From Patescibacteria group bacterium (GTDB taxonomy: Bacteria > Patescibacteriota > Microgenomatia > UBA10105 > UBA927), in assembly GCA_035510735.1 (NCBI GenBank), contig DATKGN010000010.1, forward strand, positions 27,814 to 91,813: 64,000 nt of DNA, read 5' to 3'. The position numbers and the translations under genes were made by a program. Below are positions 57,933 through 64,000 of the stretch, one piece after another. The first letter of the stretch is position 1, and every line of letters begins with the position of its first letter. Below the pieces are notes generated by a model, which worked only from the letters and a program-made list of their open reading frames with translations, searched no databases and was not told where the DNA came from.

Positions 57933-58437
57933 ATACCCATGGTAAATATAATTGATAAAACAATCAATAGAGAGGAATATCCCCGATCCCCACCCGCTCT
58001 ATGCCTCTCTGGCGGGCCCGCTTTCGTGCAAATCATAGCGGGTCCTGCTGGCTTCACTACTAATCGCTCGGGAACGGATTTTTAAAGACACGTTCGGTAG
58101 AGTCTTTGCGTATGAGTAATAGGTTGTTCCCACCTCACTAAGTGCGCGTTTGCACCATAGTAAGACACCTTTATTCCTGTGCAAACGCGCGAGTTGTCTT
58201 TAGAAAATCGTTCCCTTCGCGCTTTCTCTCGTTTACGGGTGGCGTGGGATAAGGGACCCCGGCAGCACGGAGCGCGACCACGAATACCACAAGAAATAAG
58301 AAAGAATACGTCCGTGGTATGAATGTGGGCAGAAGACGTGATATATCAATACCACGGTTGGTGGTGCCGGGAGTACTGACGGGAATATATCCCACGACAG
58401 GACCCGTAAGTTACGGGAGATTCTCCGCTATAGCCAC

Positions 58438-58470
58438 AAAAAAGCCCCGCATCGCTGCAGAGCTTTTTTG
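58438..58470 (-). terminator. Rho-independent terminator after the RRM gene
   Basis: Minus strand AAAAAGCTCTGCA-gcga-TGCGGGGCTTTTT. Confidence 0.7.
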
Positions 58471-58496
58471 TTTTTTTTGTACTTTTTTTACCGAGT

Positions 58497-58883
58497 TTAA
58501 TACCGGTTTCCGCCACCACGTCGATCGTGTCCGCCGCCGTGACCGCCACCGAATCCGCCGCCACCGCGTCGATCTCCACCACCACCGCCGCCGCGATATC
58601 CGCCGCCGCCACCACCGAACGAGTTATCTCGCGGTGCCTGGGGTTTGGCCTCATTGACGACGATTGCACGTCCGTCAAGCGTCTGGCCGTTTAATGTTTC
58701 GATTGCCTTTTTCGCTTCCTCTTCAGAGGACATTTCGACAAATCCGAATCCTCTGGATTTTCCAGAGTATTTGTCCATGATGACGGTTGCACTGACAACC
58801 GTACCTGCCTGACCAAAAAAATCATGGAGCGACGCATCGGTCGTGTCCCATGAAAGACTTCCTACAAACAATTTCGCTGCCAT
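58497..58883 (-). CDS. RRM-domain RNA-binding protein with Gly-rich tail
   Basis: RNP2 LFVGSL, RNP1 RGFGFVEM. Confidence 0.96.
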   Translation of the reverse strand: MAAKLFVGSLSWDTTDASLHDFFGQAGTVVSATVIMDKYSGKSRGFGFVEMSSEEEAKKAIETLNGQTLDGRAIVVNEAKPQAPRDNSFGGGGGGYRGGGGGGDRRGGGGFGGGHGGGHDRRGGGNRY

Positions 58884-58995
58884 ACTGGCCCTCCTAATAA
58901 ACCTTCCTTCGCGTCAATAGACGTGAGAAAAACTAATACGGCCCTAATAATACCGTATTGGTGAAATAATAGCTAGTACGAAAATGAGGTTGTGG

Positions 58996-59024
58996 TTGAC
59001 ATGAGGGCGTGATTGCGCTATAAC
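58996..59024 (+). promoter_or_regulatory. Sigma70-type promoter candidate
   Basis: TTGACA-17 nt-TATAAC upstream of the 59066 ORF. Confidence 0.6.
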
Positions 59025-59065
59025 GCTCGTACTGTCCGCTAGTGACAGTATTTTTTTAAAAAACT

Positions 59066-59572
59066 ATGAAAGAAGATATTAAAAGCGCAATCGTCACATT
59101 AACTCAACACACAAATAATTCTGGAGTTTCCGAGGAGCAATGGAAAGAAAACAAAGAAATGGAACATGCGATCGAACAGGCCTGGATGCACGCAGATGAC
59201 ATTACGGTAAAGTACGGTCTTCCAAAAACTAACTCGCTGAAAGAAAAATCACATGCTGATACGAAACAAATACCATTATTTTCAACTGAAGATGAACAAA
59301 TTCCTCAAGAACTTTGGTTCAATTTAACCGGAATCAATCCTCCTGAATCGGGAAAATCCAATTCATTTTCACAGATAACGTGCTGGGTTCGGAACGAAAA
59401 TAACGCAGTAGATCCTTTATTTGTACTATCCCATGACTCTGCGACTTTGATGCATAACCAGAAACTAGTCAAATTAGAATTATCGCATATAGAAGCTATA
59501 GAAACGATCCTTTCATTTATAGAACAGGGTTGTGCAGAAATGGCAAACGCACCGGCTCCTACCGAAGCCTGA
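59066..59572 (+). CDS. Hypothetical protein
   Basis: 168-aa ATG ORF. Confidence 0.65.
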   Translation: MKEDIKSAIVTLTQHTNNSGVSEEQWKENKEMEHAIEQAWMHADDITVKYGLPKTNSLKEKSHADTKQIPLFSTEDEQIPQELWFNLTGINPPESGKSNSFSQITCWVRNENNAVDPLFVLSHDSATLMHNQKLVKLELSHIEAIETILSFIEQGCAEMANAPAPTEA

Positions 59573-59608
59573 ATATCGGGCTCGCCTTCATAAACTGCAG
59601 AATTTCTT

Positions 59609-59923
59609 TTACCGGGGTAATTTATTCGACAAGGCTTCATAGGCCCCGTCGAGCTTGGCAAAAACGTCATCGGGAAGCGCATCCTGCGCCCAGGCCACGG
59701 AGAGCATGCTTCTGACGCCTGCAACAAGCCCCATGGCATCGCGGAGGATGTCATCGTGTAATCGTCGGTCGCGCCTCGAAACGCCGTCTGCGATCGTTGT
59801 AAGGGTTTTGAGACCTAATCGTTGGGCACGTTTGACTACCATATTACTGTCATCAAGCTCCAAGAGATCAAGAACCGCCGTGTAGGCTTCCTGCCAAAGT
59901 TTATCGTCGTGGAATGTAGACAT
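59609..59923 (-). CDS. Divergent four-helix-bundle-like protein
   Basis: F.D..LWQEA, IADG.SR, A.G......S.L..A pattern parallels the adjacent family member. Confidence 0.6.
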   Translation of the reverse strand: MSTFHDDKLWQEAYTAVLDLLELDDSNMVVKRAQRLGLKTLTTIADGVSRRDRRLHDDILRDAMGLVAGVRSMLSVAWAQDALPDDVFAKLDGAYEALSNKLPR

Positions 59924-59964
59924 ATGTTTCGTAATCCGTCATCCGTAATCCGTCATCCGAGTAC

Positions 59965-60330
59965 TTATCCGGTCGCGTGCACTCGAATCAGACCATTGAT
60001 GACTTGACCTCCTCGAATTATCAATGAATATAATGCATCAAACTCTTTTTCCTTTATCAAGCCCAGATCTTTTGCGAGTATGAGAAAATTTGCCACCTCA
60101 CTGTTCGACCCGCGTGCTTGATAGTAAAAGCGTAGCTTATCTGGATAATGGTATCGACCAAATCCTTCGGCAATATTCGCAGTTACAGAACTTGCTGCTC
60201 GCCTTAACTGATCAATGATACCAAACTTTTCCTCTTTCGGAAAGCCAACCGTCAATTTATAGATAGCGAGTACAATTTGATGGTTAATTTTCCACGCTTC
60301 CAAATCAGTAAATGAAGCAATTTTGCTCAT
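59965..60330 (-). CDS. Four helix bundle protein, copy 5
   Basis: FTDLEAWK, FPKEEKFG..DQLRRAASSV.ANIAEG, ARGS..E; start moved to ATG 60330. Confidence 0.93.
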   Translation of the reverse strand: MSKIASFTDLEAWKINHQIVLAIYKLTVGFPKEEKFGIIDQLRRAASSVTANIAEGFGRYHYPDKLRFYYQARGSNSEVANFLILAKDLGLIKEKEFDALYSLIIRGGQVINGLIRVHATG

Positions 60331-60428
60331 ATTTATACTCGTCACTCGGAACTCGTCATCCATCATCCGTATTGCGCTTCCCAGCTGTCAAATGTTGGAT
60401 GTCGGATGTCGAGTGTCGAATGTCGCCG

Positions 60429-61919
60429 CTACGCGTCGTCCTCCAAATACCAATGCCTGCCGTCTTTTTTCATAAGTTCGTTCGATTCAGACGGGCCCCA
60501 TGTCCCCTTGGTATAGGTGATGAGCGGCGCTTTCTTGGCGTGCGTTTTCCAGCCCTCAAGAATTTTTGTTGCAAACGACCACGACGCATCAATCTCGTCG
60601 GTTCGGGAGAATAGCGTCTGATCACCGCCAATGGCATCAAGAAGAAGCCGCTCATACGCCATCGGCTGTGGTTCTTTTGTAAATGAATCTTTGTAGGCGA
60701 AGTTCATCTGAACGGGCGTTAATTTCATGCCAAATCCCGGTTTTTTGGCCATAAGCCGGAGGATAATCCCCTCTTTCGGATCAATCCGGATAGCAAGGAC
60801 GTTCCGCATCACATCGGGTTCAGGAAATAGGCACACGTCGCCAATGCACACTGCCGGTTTTTTGTAATGGATGGAAATCTCCGTCGTTTTTTTAGATAAG
60901 TGTTTGCCGGCACGAAGGTAAAATGGCACGTCGCGCCACCTCGGGGTATCAAGTGTGAGACGAAGTGCGACGAATGTTTCGGTCGTCGAGTGGGAGTCTA
61001 CATTTTTTTCCTTCGTATAGCCCTCATATTGTCCGCGGACAACATAGCGGCCGACATCTTTTGGCTCAATACAGTTAATCGCCCGCGTCACTTTCACGCG
61101 CTGGTCCCTAATGGACTCGGCATCAAACGCGCGCGGCTGGTCCATGGCGGTCGTCGCAAGCATCTCGAGCATATGGTTCTGTACAACATCCCGTAGGGTG
61201 CCGACGCCATCATAGAACTCACCACGGGTGCCGACGCCGATATCTTCAGCGAGCGTTATCTGCACGTGGTCGATAAACTTGCGGTTCCATGTCGGCTCAA
61301 AAATACCGTTGGCGAACCGGAAACTAAGCAAATTCTGCACGGTTTCTTTCCCCAGATAATGGTCAATCCGGTAAATTTGCCGCTCTTCAAAAATAGTCCC
61401 CAGCAACTGGTCGAGGTGCTGTGCTGTTGTAAGATCTTTCCCGAACGGCTTTTCAATAAGCACGCGGGTATACAAACTAGTTCCCTGTCCGCAGCCCTCT
61501 GAGAGTTTGCTTTTGTGGAGATGGTTTAATATGGTTTCATAATGCTGCGGCGGTGTGGCTAAGTAAAAAAACCGGGGAACACAAGCTTGTATCTCTGTAT
61601 CAAACCCTTCAAGAAGCTTTGTAAGATCACTGTAAAGTGCTGCGTCTTCAAATTTCCCCTTACTGTAGTGCATGTGCTCGATAATATGGCTCCAGAGAGT
61701 GAGGTCAAACTCGCTCCCAAGTGATTCACGGACGGCGGCCGCCATCATCTCGCGGAATTGATCGGTCGTGATCTCCCGCCGGCCAACGCCCACAATATAA
61801 ATATCCCGCGAAACTGCGCCGTCCCTTATAAGATGGTAGAGCGCCGGCATAAGTTTCCGGTGCATGAGATCGCCGGTCGCACCGAAGATAACCATAACAA
61901 GGAGGGATGAGGAAGTCAT
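60429..61919 (-). CDS. zwf: Glucose-6-phosphate 1-dehydrogenase
   Basis: GATGDL, EKPFG, RIDHYLGKE, DVVQNH. Confidence 0.97.
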   Translation of the reverse strand: MTSSSLLVMVIFGATGDLMHRKLMPALYHLIRDGAVSRDIYIVGVGRREITTDQFREMMAAAVRESLGSEFDLTLWSHIIEHMHYSKGKFEDAALYSDLTKLLEGFDTEIQACVPRFFYLATPPQHYETILNHLHKSKLSEGCGQGTSLYTRVLIEKPFGKDLTTAQHLDQLLGTIFEERQIYRIDHYLGKETVQNLLSFRFANGIFEPTWNRKFIDHVQITLAEDIGVGTRGEFYDGVGTLRDVVQNHMLEMLATTAMDQPRAFDAESIRDQRVKVTRAINCIEPKDVGRYVVRGQYEGYTKEKNVDSHSTTETFVALRLTLDTPRWRDVPFYLRAGKHLSKKTTEISIHYKKPAVCIGDVCLFPEPDVMRNVLAIRIDPKEGIILRLMAKKPGFGMKLTPVQMNFAYKDSFTKEPQPMAYERLLLDAIGGDQTLFSRTDEIDASWSFATKILEGWKTHAKKAPLITYTKGTWGPSESNELMKKDGRHWYLEDDA

Positions 61920-61944
61920 AAAATATAATCTACCACGTCTCCCC

Positions 61945-62035
61945 TGTCATTGCGAGTCGAGTCCGCGAGACGTGGCAATCTTATTATTGGGATTGCTTCG
62001 TATTCGCAACGTCGCTCGGGATCCTCGCAATGACA
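61945..62035. repeat. REP-like element (TGTCATTGCGAG...CTCGCAATGACA)
   Basis: Perfect 12-bp terminal inverted repeat. Confidence 0.85.
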
Positions 62036-62044
62036 ATGTTGAAT

Positions 62045-62803
62045 TTATTTCTTATCCGCCCCGAGAATAACGAGGAAATCAGATGAGGGCGTCGCTTCTC
62101 CTGCCGGAAGCGGACTAACGGTAAGACCCAAGTCTTTTGCAAGCTGTTCCGCCTGCGCCTTATTTGTCCCGGTTACGTCGATAAGGAGCGACGTCGCGTA
62201 ATCCCTACTCTTTGCGTTATCGGTGTCTGTGACAACAGAGTTTGGCACCTTCGACTTGAGTTCCGTCTCATATTTCCGGGTCAACCCGATTGTGCTTGTG
62301 CCGTTTAAAATAACGAATTTAACCTGCACGGGTGTAGGCGTTGCTGCCGTTTGAGTAGCAGACGCCGTCGCCGAGTTTGTCGTTGCGGGCCCGATATTCA
62401 CCGGTGCAACGGCAATTATTTTACCGAGTGAAGGCCGATATAAAATAGCTTCTTTGGCATTCGTGTAGATGAGGACTTTATCACCGTTTTGGGCGTGAGA
62501 AAAAAATGCCTGACCTTTTAATTTATCTTTGTCCTGTACCGTTGCAATCGTCGGCGTCTCGTCGGTCGGTAAAGTCATGAGCTTTCCGACGTCGGCGACC
62601 AGACTTTTCACTTCCTGCTGTGCAAAAATTGACGGATTGGTTAATCGAAGTTGTGCCTGTTGGTATTGGTGATAAAAATAGATGGAAGGGACCAGTGCGA
62701 TAATAACAATAATTGTTCCGATAATATATTCCTTCTTTATTTTTGTTATATCGGGGAATGAAAATTTTCCGTAATCTGGAGTTTCCAAAGACATATGACC
62801 CAT
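62045..62803 (-). CDS. Membrane-anchored protein with LytR C-terminal domain
   Basis: TM; VILNGT...GL, NA, D..VILG.D. Confidence 0.8.
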   Translation of the reverse strand: MGHMSLETPDYGKFSFPDITKIKKEYIIGTIIVIIALVPSIYFYHQYQQAQLRLTNPSIFAQQEVKSLVADVGKLMTLPTDETPTIATVQDKDKLKGQAFFSHAQNGDKVLIYTNAKEAILYRPSLGKIIAVAPVNIGPATTNSATASATQTAATPTPVQVKFVILNGTSTIGLTRKYETELKSKVPNSVVTDTDNAKSRDYATSLLIDVTGTNKAQAEQLAKDLGLTVSPLPAGEATPSSDFLVILGADKK

Positions 62804-62846
62804 TATAACGACTTTTTACGCTAAGGCAAGTGCTGCCTCCTGAGGA

Positions 62847-63029
62847 TTAAAATAACGTGTAGATGAACGGTGAAACCGGTGACGTTTGGGCGAGAACGAT
62901 AAGAATGCCGAACAGAACCACGACAACAACAAACGGGATAATCCACCATAGTCTGTTTTCCCATAAAAAGGCAAATAGCTCTTTAAGGGTCGCACTCCTA
63001 CTTGCAACCGATCGCAGTACTTTTTTCAT
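62847..63029 (-). CDS. Small membrane protein (DUF5989-like)
   Basis: ELF.FLWE..LWW..P...SP..PFIYTLF. Confidence 0.75.
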   Translation of the reverse strand: MKKVLRSVASRSATLKELFAFLWENRLWWIIPFVVVVVLFGILIVLAQTSPVSPFIYTLF

Positions 63030-63041
63030 ATAATAAGTAGT

Positions 63042-63629
63042 TTACTTTACACCGACAATAAGCTCTGCCGCAGCAGTTGATCCGGTAAGGTCACCTGAAT
63101 TAGTAGCAACGCTAAATAACGCTGCAGCATCCCCAAGGATTTGCGCTTGGACTTGGGAAGAGAGCGATGAACTAAAATAGAGCTTCGTCGTTGCACTTTG
63201 TTTTGCATTGCCGACCGATACAACCACATATCCTTTCGAGGCAAGTTGTTGGGCTGCTTTTCCTGCCGCCCCCGTTACACCCGATGCGTTCAATACCGCA
63301 AATGTTACCGGAGCGAATGCTGGAGTTGGGGTGGGCGTCATAGCAGCCGAAACGACCTCTTTTTTGGCAGGCATTGTTTGGGAGCTTCTCAGATATACCA
63401 AACTGACACTCATTACGATGACTATGATTATTGCCGTAATAACAAGGCCAATACTGAACAATACGGTATTTTTTTGTTCAAGCGGAGCGACTTCGTCATT
63501 TTCTTCAAGAATCGACTCAAGATTAGGAGCTACCGGCGGGTCAGTATCATCGGGCTTAGACACCAAAGGGACAACAACTGTCGTATCATTTTGGGATAAT
63601 TCTGTAGTCTTTTTCTTTTGGGCAGGCAT
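63042..63629 (-). CDS. Membrane-anchored protein with LytR C-terminal domain
   Basis: VLNASGVTGAA...A..L...GY....VGNA, IVG. Confidence 0.82.
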   Translation of the reverse strand: MPAQKKKTTELSQNDTTVVVPLVSKPDDTDPPVAPNLESILEENDEVAPLEQKNTVLFSIGLVITAIIIVIVMSVSLVYLRSSQTMPAKKEVVSAAMTPTPTPAFAPVTFAVLNASGVTGAAGKAAQQLASKGYVVVSVGNAKQSATTKLYFSSSLSSQVQAQILGDAAALFSVATNSGDLTGSTAAAELIVGVK

Positions 63630-63633
63630 GGGT

Positions 63634-63722
63634 TAGTTCATGGTGTATGGTTCATGGTGTATGGTTCATGGTCAATGGTGATTACAATGAACTATGAACA
63701 ATGAACTATGAACGAATAACCG
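63634..63722. repeat. Heptamer (GTTCATG/ATGAACT) repeat hairpin
   Basis: gttcatggtgtatggttcatgg...atgaactatgaacaatgaactatgaac. Confidence 0.82.
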
Positions 63723-63725
63723 TTC

Positions 63726-64000
63726 TTATGACCCCGGCACGTCTTCGCGGCTGTGCGCTGCAATAATTTCTTTTACCATCGCGACTACCTGCTTCGGGTC
63801 ATATTCGCTCTTCACGATATATTTAACGGCTCCCTTAAGGAGTGCGTTTTCTGCATCCTTCTCTCCGGCAAGATTCGTGAGCATGATGACCGGAATACCT
63901 TTCATCTCGGGGTCAACCTTTAACTTCTCAAGGACCTGAAGTCCGTTCATCTTGGGCATCATGACATCAAGAAGAATAAGTGTTGGCTTAATCTGACGGG
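63726..64000 (-). CDS. Response regulator receiver protein (5' end outside the window)
   Basis: LILLDVMMPKMNG, IPVIMLTN, GA..YIVK. Confidence 0.9.
   Translation of the reverse strand, partial: RQIKPTLILLDVMMPKMNGLQVLEKLKVDPEMKGIPVIMLTNLAGEKDAENALLKGAVKYIVKSEYDPKQVVAMVKEIIAAHSREDVPGS

Noticed and set aside
58171-58678. Short ORFs in the structured region and overlapping the RRM gene
   Set aside because: No recognisable motifs; better explained by RNA structure and by alternative frames of the Gly-rich tail.
1-64000. Alternative genetic code (TGA as Gly or Trp)
   Set aside because: Conserved genes such as rplK and rpe end at TGA at the expected length.

Overview
Bacterial chromosomal window in translation table 11 (TGA is used as a stop). 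Gene content and style suggest a Patescibacteria/CPR genome, probably Microgenomates; this is an inference, with no database search. The backbone is def-fmt, rpmB, the canonical thr/tyr/thr-tRNA, rpmG, trp-tRNA, secE, nusG, rplKAJL series spread over ~28 kb by accessory genes, and a complete pentose-phosphate cluster (tal, tkt, rpe, rpiB, pgl, gnd, zwf). Accessory genes include surface proteins (an adjacent dockerin/cohesin pair), a RelBE-type TA pair and an archaeal-type CoaD-DUF359 fusion. The most striking signals are non-coding. (1) Downstream of nusG and rplL are tandem copies of the gene's own 3' end, recoded synonymously and separated by hairpins; tRNA-Tyr, -Thr and -Trp show analogous hairpin-interrupted half copies, one beside a small GIY-YIG nuclease gene. 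(2) Five four-helix-bundle (23S-IVP/Avd-like) genes, plus one divergent copy, sit between locus-specific 7-9-nt tandem-repeat arms, clearly inverted at four loci. ORF-less hairpins of such repeats lie before ribosomal-protein genes, inside the L10 leader and in frame within several enzymes. All calls come from reading motifs by eye.
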